A stretch of 61,004 nt of DNA, the filler included. It is 5 parts of 5 records of this genome, joined end to end, with 100 filler letters (N's around TTAATTAATTAA, not from the genome) between each part and the next. Parts side by side here need not be neighbours in the genome. Positions count along the whole stretch, not along the records: positions 34,409 to 54,451 come from DRR378314_261; 4 more parts are not named here. One strand, given 5' to 3'. Shown here piece after piece: positions 41,982 through 50,743 of this stretch. Positions within the stretch are counted from its first letter, which is position 1. Each line of letters begins with the position of its first letter. The translations under genes and the position numbers were made by a program. The notes beneath the pieces were generated by a model. It did no database searches. It saw only the letters and a list, made by a program, of their open reading frames with translations, and was not told the origin of the DNA.

Positions 41982-42569
41982 GTGTCCAAGAAAATCTGCA
42001 TCATTGACGGCCATCCGGATGCAAATCCGGACCATCTTATCCATGCGCTTTGCAATGCATACGAAGCCGGTGCGGTGGAGGAGGGGCATCAAGTGTCGCG
42101 CATCAACGTTGGCGGTATGGACGTGCCCTTCCTGAACTCTCAGGACGAGTTCGATACACCTCCGCCTGAGCCCATTCTGAGTTTGCGGGAGCAGATCGGC
42201 GTTGCGGACCATCTCGTCATCGCCTTTCCGCTCTGGATGGGCGGCATGCCGGCCCGGCTGAAGGCGTTTCTGGAACAGGCAGCGCGTGCGGGCTTCTTTC
42301 TGAAGCCAGGCCAGTCTGACCATGAGTGGCCCGAGCGCATGATGAAGGGTAAGTCTGCGAGGATCATCATCACAATGGGCATGCCGGATTTGATGTACCG
42401 TTTCGGAATGGATGCGGGTGCCTTGAAAGCTCTGGAGCGCGGTGTGCTTGGCCTGTCCGGCTTCAAGCCGATGCATCACACCATCATTGGCAGTGTGGGC
42501 GCGCTGACAGAGTCGAAGATCGAATCCTGGATGACTTTCATGAAGGAGATCGGTGGCGAAGCCGTTTGA
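41982..42569 (+). CDS. Flavodoxin-like NAD(P)H dehydrogenase (quinone)
   Basis: IIDGHP, FPLWMGGMPARLKAFL, TMGMP. Confidence 0.85.
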   Translation: MSKKICIIDGHPDANPDHLIHALCNAYEAGAVEEGHQVSRINVGGMDVPFLNSQDEFDTPPPEPILSLREQIGVADHLVIAFPLWMGGMPARLKAFLEQAARAGFFLKPGQSDHEWPERMMKGKSARIIITMGMPDLMYRFGMDAGALKALERGVLGLSGFKPMHHTIIGSVGALTESKIESWMTFMKEIGGEAV

Positions 42570-42686
42570 TCGCTTTCATTACATCTTCGTCGTGAACGTC
42601 TTTTCACGCATCATTACCGCCCATTTCGCGTACCTTCGTCTCTGTCGCGGTCCCCTGCGACACCTGAAGTGAGAAGGAGTTCGAAT

Positions 42687-42995
42687 ATGATCAGACGCAG
42701 CAGCTTTCTCGTGACAGCCGCCATGATGACGGCCCTGATGGGCCACGCGGGCGAAATGCCCGACTTCTCGCAGTTGGATCTGGATGATGATGGCCTGATC
42801 AGTGAGGACGAGTTTGTGAGCCATCATGCCAACGCAGGCGCGGCCAGCGAGGCAGAGGCGAAGGCCCGGTTCACCAAGCTTGACCTGAACTCGAATGGTA
42901 CCGTGTCCGAAGAAGAACTGGCAGACGCCCTTGCTGCCTGGCGGGGACGGTCCGAAGACAGCGCTGTCATGACGGCGTCCCAACCGGCTCGGTAG
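42687..42995 (+). CDS. Secreted EF-hand protein
   Basis: Signal peptide; DLDDDGLISEDE and DLNSNGTVSEEE loops; AGGAG upstream. Confidence 0.85.
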   Translation: MIRRSSFLVTAAMMTALMGHAGEMPDFSQLDLDDDGLISEDEFVSHHANAGAASEAEAKARFTKLDLNSNGTVSEEELADALAAWRGRSEDSAVMTASQPAR

Positions 42996-43015
42996 GGAAG
43001 CCATCAGGCAGGTGC

Positions 43016-43050
43016 TGAAGGGGTCCGCCGGTCCTGCGGACCCCTTTTCA
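43016..43050 (+). terminator. Rho-independent terminator
   Basis: AAGGGGTCCGC / GCGGACCCCTT stem followed by a T run. Confidence 0.7.
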
Positions 43051-43078
43051 TTTGAGGCCGATACGGTAAACACGCGCG

Positions 43079-44125
43079 ATGTCTGAAGCGCACTCGTCCA
43101 CGGCGAACAGGTTTGATCTCATCCGTCTGGCGCTCGCCTCGACGGTATTTGTCTACCACGCCATCGTTTTGTCATCGCTCGCGCCAATGAGTGGGTTGGA
43201 GGCAGGATGGGGCCAGCTCGCAGAAATCGCCATTCAAGGCTTCTTCATCGTGTCCGGCGCTTTGGTGGCGGGATCTCTGGTGCGATCCCAAGGTCTTGCG
43301 GACTATGCGGGAAAGCGGGTGCGAAGGCTGTATCCGGCCTATCTGGTCGTTGTCTTGATCCCAGCAATCATCTGTTTGCTGATGGGCGGAGACGTTCGAG
43401 GCGTCGGCGAGTACATCGCGGCCAATCTGGTTTTCCTGAATTTCCTGTCGCCGGACTTGCCGGGCGTGTTTGAAGGCAACCGCTTCACGGAAGCGAACGG
43501 CGCGCTTTGGACGCTGAAGATCGAGGTGATGTTTTATATCTGCCTTCCGGTCATTGGTTGGCTGCTCAGATTGTTCGGACGGGCAAAATGGCTGTTTCTG
43601 ATCGCAATTTATGCGGCGGGAGAGGCGTGGCGCCAGCTTGTGCCGGTCATGCTGGATCATCCCGATGCGCCCATGCTTGCGCGTCAGTTGCCAGGCCAGA
43701 TGACCTTCTTCGCCAGTGGTATTGCGCTTTGGCAGATGTGGGGTACCGCAAAAGCGAAGCCACTTTGGTTCGGCGTGCTGGGATTCCTCGTAACCGCTCT
43801 TTCATTCGCGCATCCCTGGTTGGAGCCGCTGCGCGCGGCGGGGCTGACGGGCTTGATAGCTTGCATCGCTTTCCTGCCGGGCCCGGCCTTGTATGCGGCC
43901 CGTTTTGGCGACATCAGCTATGGCGTCTACATCACGCATTTTCCCATACTACAGGCTTTGGTGGCGCTCGGTGTGTTCGCCTCGTTGGGATATGCGGCCG
44001 GATTCATGCTCTCCGCCGCGCTGGTGATCGCCGCCAGCTATGCGCTGTGGCATCTTGTCGAACGGCCCGCCTTGCGCCCGTCCAGCCACTACCGCAAGGT
44101 GGCAGAATACACTGAACAGGAATGA
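43079..44125 (+). CDS. Acyltransferase-3 (OafA-like) membrane O-acyltransferase
   Basis: FDLIR, FFIVSG, RVRRLYP, WTLKIEVMFY, SYGVYITHFP, VERP. Confidence 0.88.
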   Translation: MSEAHSSTANRFDLIRLALASTVFVYHAIVLSSLAPMSGLEAGWGQLAEIAIQGFFIVSGALVAGSLVRSQGLADYAGKRVRRLYPAYLVVVLIPAIICLLMGGDVRGVGEYIAANLVFLNFLSPDLPGVFEGNRFTEANGALWTLKIEVMFYICLPVIGWLLRLFGRAKWLFLIAIYAAGEAWRQLVPVMLDHPDAPMLARQLPGQMTFFASGIALWQMWGTAKAKPLWFGVLGFLVTALSFAHPWLEPLRAAGLTGLIACIAFLPGPALYAARFGDISYGVYITHFPILQALVALGVFASLGYAAGFMLSAALVIAASYALWHLVERPALRPSSHYRKVAEYTEQE

Positions 44126-44129
44126 TCCC

Positions 44130-44930
44130 ATGCGCGATTCCGAATACGATCTCATCACGCTTGAAGCGACGCAGGAGGGCCTCGCCGTCGTTACACTGAA
44201 CCGCCCGGATGTGCACAACGCATTCAACGCGGAGCTGATTGCGGAGCTGACAGATGCCTTTCACACGATTGCAGACCAGCGAACGATCCGGATGATGATC
44301 CTGCGCGGGGCGGGAAAGAGCTTTTCCGCTGGCGCAGACCTGAACTGGATGAAGCTGGCGGCAACGCACACGCGCGACGATAACGAACGCGATGCCATGA
44401 ATTTGGCCGAGATGCTGCGGGCGCTTTACGAGATGCCGCAGATGACGTTGGCGTTGGTTCAGGGGGCTGCGATGGGGGGCGGCGCGGGGCTTGTGGCGGC
44501 GTGTGACGTGGCTGTCGCCATGAAGGGTACGAAGTTCCGGTTTTCAGAAGTGCGTCTCGGCCTGACCCCTGCCACGATCAGTCCCTACGTCATTGAAGCG
44601 ATTGGTCCACGCTGGGCGAAAGCACTATTCACCACGGCGGAAACGTTCGATGCCGACTATGCCGAGCGGCTCGGGCTCGTGCAGTATGTCGTCGAAACCG
44701 AGGCAGACATGACGGCGATGGAGGAGCACCTCGCAGATCTGGTCTTTGCCGCTGCGCCAGGCGCAGTTGCCGACAGCAAGGCGCTGGTGCGGGACGTGTC
44801 GGGTGTGTTCATCGACAAGGACCTCAGCCACGATACGTCAAAGCGGATCGCGGCTCGCCGTGCATCAGAAGAGGGCAGGGAAGGTATCGCCGCCTTCCTG
44901 GACAAGCGTCCGCCTAGCTGGGGGAAGTAG
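44130..44930 (+). CDS. liuC: Methylglutaconyl-CoA hydratase (enoyl-CoA hydratase family)
   Basis: LNRPDVHNAF, FSAGADL, AMGGG, SEVRLGLTPATISPY; leucine-catabolism context. Confidence 0.85.
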   Translation: MRDSEYDLITLEATQEGLAVVTLNRPDVHNAFNAELIAELTDAFHTIADQRTIRMMILRGAGKSFSAGADLNWMKLAATHTRDDNERDAMNLAEMLRALYEMPQMTLALVQGAAMGGGAGLVAACDVAVAMKGTKFRFSEVRLGLTPATISPYVIEAIGPRWAKALFTTAETFDADYAERLGLVQYVVETEADMTAMEEHLADLVFAAAPGAVADSKALVRDVSGVFIDKDLSHDTSKRIAARRASEEGREGIAAFLDKRPPSWGK

Positions 44931-44937
44931 GCTCTCC

Positions 44938-45258
44938 TCAGACGGGGAGGCCCCAGTCTCTCAACACGTGAATCGTTGCGTCGACCGGGTTGATCCCGGT
45001 CATTGCCTCAATCTGATTCTGGAAGACGTAAGCCACAATTCCGAACAGGATGATATAGATCACGAACTGCATCAGGGATTTCAGGATGAAGGCGCCTGCG
45101 CTGCCGGCGACAAAGCCAATGGCACCAAGGATCAGTGAGCCTGCCACGGGGCTGAGATTGCTGACATCTGCGGCCTGAGTGAAGCCGATGTAACCGCCGA
45201 CACCTGCGCCGATTATGCCCGCAACACTGCTGATCCTGATCCCTGAAGCATAGGCCAT
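44938..45258 (-). CDS. Small Gly-rich membrane protein (MAYASGIRISS...), about three TM helices
   Basis: GGAG upstream of ATG 45258; GxxxG-rich hydrophobic segments. Confidence 0.7.
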   Translation of the reverse strand: MAYASGIRISSVAGIIGAGVGGYIGFTQAADVSNLSPVAGSLILGAIGFVAGSAGAFILKSLMQFVIYIILFGIVAYVFQNQIEAMTGINPVDATIHVLRDWGLPV

Positions 45259-45399
45259 AAGATACTCCCGTGGTTTACCTGCGTTAACCCTTACGATAGC
45301 TCGCCGGGCTGTCAAAGGCGGAATTTGGACGGGCAATCGCCCCCTCGTGGCCGGGCTTGCACCTCGTTTGCGCCGTGTTTGGACCGGATAGACATGTGG

Positions 45400-46266
45400 A
45401 TGACCATGCCGCCCCCCAATTCGACCCGTTTGCAAATTCGTCTTCATGATGCGCGTGCGGCGCTGCATGCGCGATATGTGCGCGGGCCCGTGTCGCAGGC
45501 TGTGTTCGAATTCGTCGCCTTTGGCATCAAGCAGGGGTGGGCCTGCCTGTTTGGCGGTCTCATGCTTGGCCTGCTCCTGGCCACCTTTCTTTGGTATCCT
45601 GAAACGGCGATGCTCAGTCGGTATGATTTCCTTGTTCTAGGGGCGATCGTGATCCAGGTCGGCATGCTTTGGACTGGGCTGGAGACCTGGGAGGAGGCCA
45701 AGGTCATCCTCGTCTTCCACATCGTCGGAACGGTGATGGAATTGTTCAAGACGGCGCATGGCAGCTGGATCTATCCTGAAGACAGCTTGCTGCGCATCGC
45801 GGGCGTGCCGCTTTTCACGGGTTTCATGTATGCAGCAGTCGGCTCATATCTCGCGCGAGTCTGGCGACTGTTCGAGTTCAGGTTCGACCGATTCCCGCCA
45901 CTCTGGATTCAGGCTGCCCTTGCCACAGCCATCTATGTGAACTTCTTCGCGCATCACTGGCTGCCGGATATCCGAATCGGACTGTTTGCGGCCACGGCGA
46001 TGGTTTACGGCCCTTGCGTGGTCTGGTTTCGCGCCGATGAAGCGCATAGGCCGATGCCGCTCGTAATCGGCTTCATATTGGTGGCATTGTTCATCTGGTT
46101 CGCGGAGAACATTGGCACATTCACCCGCGCCTGGGCCTATCCCGGCCAGACTGAAGGCTGGCATCCGGTTTCCATATCCAAGCTCGGTGCATGGTATTTG
46201 CTGATGATCATCAGCTTTGTCTTGGTGGCGTGCGTCCACCGTAGCGGGAAGCCTAGTCAGCGCTAG
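45400..46266 (+). CDS. DUF817 (YoaT-like) membrane protein
   Basis: KQGWACLFG, RYD, FHIVG..MELFK, VPLFTGFMYAAVGSY, AENIGT. Confidence 0.85.
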   Translation: MTMPPPNSTRLQIRLHDARAALHARYVRGPVSQAVFEFVAFGIKQGWACLFGGLMLGLLLATFLWYPETAMLSRYDFLVLGAIVIQVGMLWTGLETWEEAKVILVFHIVGTVMELFKTAHGSWIYPEDSLLRIAGVPLFTGFMYAAVGSYLARVWRLFEFRFDRFPPLWIQAALATAIYVNFFAHHWLPDIRIGLFAATAMVYGPCVVWFRADEAHRPMPLVIGFILVALFIWFAENIGTFTRAWAYPGQTEGWHPVSISKLGAWYLLMIISFVLVACVHRSGKPSQR

Positions 46267-46636
46267 CCGTCATCTGCGATGCGCACGCCATGAAGAGATC
46301 GGCGACCACGTCAAAATACTTGATCTCCGCCGCACTCAAGGCCTCCCGGCTAACTCCGGCGACTGAGGCGCGCTCATAGATCTGCTCATCCGGGACTGTT
46401 CCGCGTAGGGCGTCGCTCATCAGCATCCAAAGACGAACCTGTTGGTCGCCAGCATCCGTGCGGCTCACCCAGTTGCGGACATTTTCCGTGATACAGCCGC
46501 AGGCGGGCTCCATTCCCGGAAGCGCCTCATCGCATTGTTGGGCGAACGCATTCATCACCGGGTCGACATCCAGAAATTCTGCGTTCGCGGGCAGTATCAC
46601 CAGCAGTGCTGACAGCATAAGGGCCGGGTATTTCAT
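46253..46636 (-). CDS. Hypothetical secreted Cys-containing protein (127 aa)
   Basis: MKYPALMLSALLVILPANA signal; C-x10-C-x-C and a C-terminal Cys; fills the gap before liuD. Confidence 0.65.
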   Translation of the reverse strand: MKYPALMLSALLVILPANAEFLDVDPVMNAFAQQCDEALPGMEPACGCITENVRNWVSRTDAGDQQVRLWMLMSDALRGTVPDEQIYERASVAGVSREALSAAEIKYFDVVADLFMACASQMTASAD

Positions 46637-46705
46637 ACAGTTTGACCTTCCATAGCAGAGCCCTGATGCTTGTCTTTGTCGACAAAATCGGGTCTTGCTT
46701 CTCCC

Positions 46706-48607
46706 ATGTTGAAAAAGCTCCTGATTGCCAATCGCGGCGAAATCGCCTGTCGCATCATGGCCACTTGCCGGGACCTCGGCATACAAACCGTGGCCGTTTA
46801 TTCCGACGCCGATGCCCGCGCAAAACATGTTCGCGAATCGGACGAGTCTGTTCATATCGGACCTGCTCCGGCCACAGAAAGCTACCTGAATGGGGAGGCT
46901 ATCCTTGCCGCAGCCAAGGCCACCGGCGCGGATGCGATTCATCCCGGCTATGGTTTCCTGTCCGAGAATGCTGATTTTGCGGAAGCGGTGGAGAACGCAG
47001 GCCTGATCTGGGTCGGGCCGTCGGCCGAGGCGATCCGGTCCATGGGACCAAAGGATGAGGCAAAGCGTATTGCCGAAGAAGCAGGTGTTCCCGTGCTGCC
47101 CGGGTATCGCGGGGAGGGGCAGGATCTGGAAACGCTCGCCGAGGCCGCCCAGGACATCGGGTTTCCATTGCTGATCAAGGCCGTGGCGGGCGGCGGCGGT
47201 CGCGGGATCCGCCTTGTCAGCGAGCCGGGCCAATTGAAAGCCGAACTGGAAAGCGCGGTGCGCGAGGCGGAAAGCGCCTTTGGTGATGGCCGGGTGATGC
47301 TGGAGAAACTGGTCCAGCAGCCGCGCCACATCGAGGTACAGGTGTTCGGCGATGCACAGGGCAATGTCGTCCACCTCTATGAGCGCGATTGCTCGCTTCA
47401 GCGCCGCCGCCAGAAAGTCATCGAAGAAGCGCCCGCACCGGGCATGCCGGAAGACGTACGCGCGGCGATGACGGATGCAGCGGTCAAGCTGGCCAAGGCG
47501 GTCGGCTATCAGGGAGCCGGTACGGTGGAGTTCATCGTGGACGGATCGAAACCGCTGGCGGTAGATACGTTCTGGTTCCTGGAAATGAACACCCGCCTTC
47601 AGGTCGAGCATCCGGTGACGGAATGCATTACGGGGCAAGATCTCGTCGAATGGCAGTTGCGTGTCGCGTCCGGTCAGCCGCTTCCTCTGGCACAGGATCA
47701 GATCCCTTTGATTGGCCACGCCATAGAGGCGCGTGTCTGCGCGGAAGACCCGGCTGACGGTTTCCGTCCGGGTGCAGGTTTGATCCTGGAATTTGGATTG
47801 CTGCAGCCGATTGATGGCGAGACCATTCGTTGGGATGCCGGGTTTGAGACCGGTGACCGTGTGCCGTCGAACTATGACTCCATGATCGCCAAGCTGATCG
47901 TGTCGGGTGGAGACCGTGATGAGGCGGTGGACCTGTTGGTGGAGACGCTGGCCCATACACAATTGTCCGGCGTACCGGCAAACACCGGCTTCCTGCGCCG
48001 CTGCGCTCAGTCTGATGCGTTTCGGGACGGTACACATCACGTGAACTGGATTGCCGAGCAGGGGGACGCTCTGACTCATTCGCCATCGGAGCATCAGCAC
48101 GCCTCTGTGCTGGCGGTCAGTGATATTCAGCTTGATGATGCTGGCGCAGGTATGCCCTGGGATATTCGCGACGGTTTTCGGTCAAATGCAGCGCCTGTCC
48201 GCAAGGCGGCTGTGGCCGTGGGCGCGGATGCGGACTGGTTCGATCCGGCAGACCATGATGTGGCGGCTGAAACACCGCTGCCTTTCGTGACAGATCTGTC
48301 GCCGCGCCGGTATGCTGTGACGACGGGTGGCGATACGGTGCTGGTTGAGGTGCCGGATTATGATGCAGACGTCGAGGCGGTGCTCGGCGGAGATTCCGTC
48401 AGCGCGCCCATGCCCGGAAAGCTCTTGTCTATTCAGGTAAAGGCGGGCGACGCGGTGGCCAAGGGTGATCCTGTGGCCGTAATGGAAGCCATGAAAATGG
48501 AGCACACACTGTCCGCACCGCGCGACGGGGTGGTCGCTTCAGTTGAGGCCGCTGCCGGAGACCAGGTCGCGGAAGGTGACGTGCTGGTTCATCTCGAGGC
48601 GGAGTAA
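46706..48607 (+). CDS. liuD: 3-methylcrotonyl-CoA carboxylase alpha subunit (biotin carboxylase plus BCCP)
   Basis: ANRGEIA, HPGYGFLSEN, ERDCSLQRR, EMNTRLQVEHPVTE, EAMKM. Confidence 0.9.
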   Translation: MLKKLLIANRGEIACRIMATCRDLGIQTVAVYSDADARAKHVRESDESVHIGPAPATESYLNGEAILAAAKATGADAIHPGYGFLSENADFAEAVENAGLIWVGPSAEAIRSMGPKDEAKRIAEEAGVPVLPGYRGEGQDLETLAEAAQDIGFPLLIKAVAGGGGRGIRLVSEPGQLKAELESAVREAESAFGDGRVMLEKLVQQPRHIEVQVFGDAQGNVVHLYERDCSLQRRRQKVIEEAPAPGMPEDVRAAMTDAAVKLAKAVGYQGAGTVEFIVDGSKPLAVDTFWFLEMNTRLQVEHPVTECITGQDLVEWQLRVASGQPLPLAQDQIPLIGHAIEARVCAEDPADGFRPGAGLILEFGLLQPIDGETIRWDAGFETGDRVPSNYDSMIAKLIVSGGDRDEAVDLLVETLAHTQLSGVPANTGFLRRCAQSDAFRDGTHHVNWIAEQGDALTHSPSEHQHASVLAVSDIQLDDAGAGMPWDIRDGFRSNAAPVRKAAVAVGADADWFDPADHDVAAETPLPFVTDLSPRRYAVTTGGDTVLVEVPDYDADVEAVLGGDSVSAPMPGKLLSIQVKAGDAVAKGDPVAVMEAMKMEHTLSAPRDGVVASVEAAAGDQVAEGDVLVHLEAE

Positions 48608-48608
48608 C

Positions 48609-48727
48609 CCCCACCCTTCACATGCTGGTGTGCTGCCCCCTGTCCGATGGGTGAAATCGGACCAGACCCGCGCGCCCGGAGAGTGGTGTGGAGGCGCGAC
48701 AGGCAGGGAACATGTAAAGGGTAGGGG
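48609..48727 (-). ncRNA. Putative structured RNA or 3' UTR element between convergent genes
   Basis: 16-bp closing stem (48609-48624 with 48711-48727), bulged inner stem and two hairpins; no family recognised. Confidence 0.35.
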
Positions 48728-48738
48728 CCGCTGCGTGA

Positions 48739-49068
48739 CTAGGCCGCGACAGCGTAACCGGAATGAATGCGGACCGGGGCTTGCGCTTCTGCGCGATAGC
48801 GGCGGTGGACGATGGGCGGGGCGCTGATCTCGCCGAGCGGGTTGGCGGCATAGGCGGTCGGCTCGGTCTTCAGGATCAGTTCGTCATACTCATTACGGGC
48901 GATAGACACCGGGACAGCCGACCCGTCGCGATCTGCGGCGCGGAATTCGACACCAGTCGATACCAGGGCAATCGCCTGTTCCAGATCCATCCGGAACCCG
49001 TCGCCATAAACGACATCGCGCGACTCGATTGGATCGTACTCACATCCCTTGATCACCAAACCCGACAT
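48739..49068 (-). CDS. DUF3892-like small protein (109 aa)
   Basis: LEQAIALVSTGVEF...VPVSIARN..ILKTEPTAYAANPLGEI pattern resembles DUF3892; AAGGGG upstream. Confidence 0.6.
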   Translation of the reverse strand: MSGLVIKGCEYDPIESRDVVYGDGFRMDLEQAIALVSTGVEFRAADRDGSAVPVSIARNEYDELILKTEPTAYAANPLGEISAPPIVHRRYRAEAQAPVRIHSGYAVAA

Positions 49069-49127
49069 GCCGAAACCCCTTATCAAACTGTGTGCTGAAC
49101 CTGTTCTCCGCCTGACCGGCGATGTGA

Positions 49128-49142
49128 GAACATAAGCAGAAT
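49128..49142 (-). promoter_or_regulatory. Alphaproteobacterial LexA box (1 mismatch) overlapping a putative -10
   Basis: GAAC-ATAAGCA-GAAT; minus strand reads ATTCTGCTTATGTTC. Confidence 0.6.
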
Positions 49143-49165
49143 ATTCACTTTTTGGAAAGGAAAAA

Positions 49166-49180
49166 GTTCCGATTTTGTTC
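49166..49180 (-). promoter_or_regulatory. Alphaproteobacterial LexA box (perfect)
   Basis: GTTC-CGATTTT-GTTC matches GTTC-N7-GTTC. Confidence 0.7.
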
Positions 49181-49272
49181 TAAAAATTCAAAATCAGAAT
49201 GGAATCAGGACTCTCGTGTTGAAAGTCTCCCTCTATTCGCTTTGTTCACGATGGGTTCGCTATGGAAAATGA

Positions 49273-50613
49273 CTAGCTCTGCAGCCGCGCCAATGCACGC
49301 TCCCGACCGATGAGGGGCAAGATGGCGCTCATGTCTGGGCCGTGTTCCTGACCGGTCAGCGCCTTGCGCAGCGGCATGAACAGGCCGCGACCCTTGCGGC
49401 CGGTTTCGGCTTTTACGGCGTTGGCCCACGCGCTCCAGCTGTCGCCCGTCAATTCGCCTTCGGGCAACAGTTTCGCGGCGGTCGCAATAAATTCCTTGTC
49501 TTCCGCATCGACCAGTGAGGTCACGTCGCCGAACACAGTCTCCACCCAGCGCGCCACTTCGGGCAGAAGAGAGCAGTTCTCGCGCACCACGCTCCAGAAG
49601 GCTTCGTCCGCCGCGCGCGGGTCCACGGCGGCGAGGCGGTCTTTCACAGCTTCAAATGGAAGGCCATGCAGAATGGCTGCGTTCAGCGACAACAGCTCTG
49701 CTTCGTCGAAGCGGGCGGGTGCGCGGCCAATCTTGCCGAAATCGAATTCTGCGACCAGCTGGTCCAGGCTTTCGCGCGCTTCGACATTGTCGGACGTGCC
49801 GATCTTGGCCAGCAGAGAGCAGACGGCCATCGGCTCGTAGCCCTGCGCGCGCAGTTCCCCCATTGAGAGGGAGCCGAGACGCTTCGACAGGCCCTGGCCG
49901 TCGGCGCCAATGAGGAGGGGGGTGTGCGCCATGTCTGGCGCCGTGCCGCCCAGCGCCTTGAAGATCTCGATTTGCGCGCCGGAATTCGTCACATGGTCTT
50001 CGCCGCGCACAACATGGGTAATCTTCGCCTCGATATCATCGACGACTGAGGGCAGCGTATAGAGATAAGAGCCATCTTCGCGGATCAGGATCGGGTCAGA
50101 CAGGCTGGACGTGTCGATGCTTTGCGGACCGCGGACCAGATCGGTCCATTCGATCCGTTCGCCGGAGAGTTTGAAGCGCCAGTGCGGGCTGCGTCCTTCG
50201 GCTTCCAACTTCGCCTTGTCATCATCGCTCAGAGCCAGAGCCGCGCGGTCATAGACGGGCGGGCGTCCACGCGACAGCGCGATCTTGCGCTTGCGGTCCA
50301 GTTCGTCTGCCGTCTCGTAGCAGGGATAGAGCAGGCCCATCTCGCGCAACTTGTCTGCGGCGGCGTCATATTCGGCGAACCGGTCAGACTGGCTGAAGCT
50401 GTCGTCCCAGGTCAGGCCCAGCCAGGTAAGGTCGGTGCGGATGCCGTCCTCATATTCCTGTGTCGAGCGTTCTGTATCGGTGTCATCAATGCGCAGAATG
50501 AACTTTCCCTGCTGCCCCTTGGCGAACAGCCAGTTGATCAGCGCCGTGCGCACATTGCCAACGTGCAAGCGGCCAGTGGGGGAGGGTGCAAAGCGAACAA
50601 TCGGTGCAGTCAT
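49273..50613 (-). CDS. gltX: Glutamate--tRNA ligase
   Basis: RFAPSPTG.LHVGN, LRIDDTD, RGEDH, LSKR, LRKALTG...GPDM. Confidence 0.93.
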   Translation of the reverse strand: MTAPIVRFAPSPTGRLHVGNVRTALINWLFAKGQQGKFILRIDDTDTERSTQEYEDGIRTDLTWLGLTWDDSFSQSDRFAEYDAAADKLREMGLLYPCYETADELDRKRKIALSRGRPPVYDRAALALSDDDKAKLEAEGRSPHWRFKLSGERIEWTDLVRGPQSIDTSSLSDPILIREDGSYLYTLPSVVDDIEAKITHVVRGEDHVTNSGAQIEIFKALGGTAPDMAHTPLLIGADGQGLSKRLGSLSMGELRAQGYEPMAVCSLLAKIGTSDNVEARESLDQLVAEFDFGKIGRAPARFDEAELLSLNAAILHGLPFEAVKDRLAAVDPRAADEAFWSVVRENCSLLPEVARWVETVFGDVTSLVDAEDKEFIATAAKLLPEGELTGDSWSAWANAVKAETGRKGRGLFMPLRKALTGQEHGPDMSAILPLIGRERALARLQS

Positions 50614-50743
50614 GGGAAAAACCTGTTTTGAAGCGTGCTTTCGACATCAAATTGCGCAAAAAGCCAAGGGAGGGATGCCACATTCTTGCTAATGTGCGTG
50701 CTATTGTGCGAGGGGCAACTGAGTCGCCGTCGAGGAGAGGTAG

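Noticed and set aside
46253-48100. 615-aa minus-strand ORF as a single gene
   Set aside because: Most of it is antisense to liuD; only 46253-46636 is credible.
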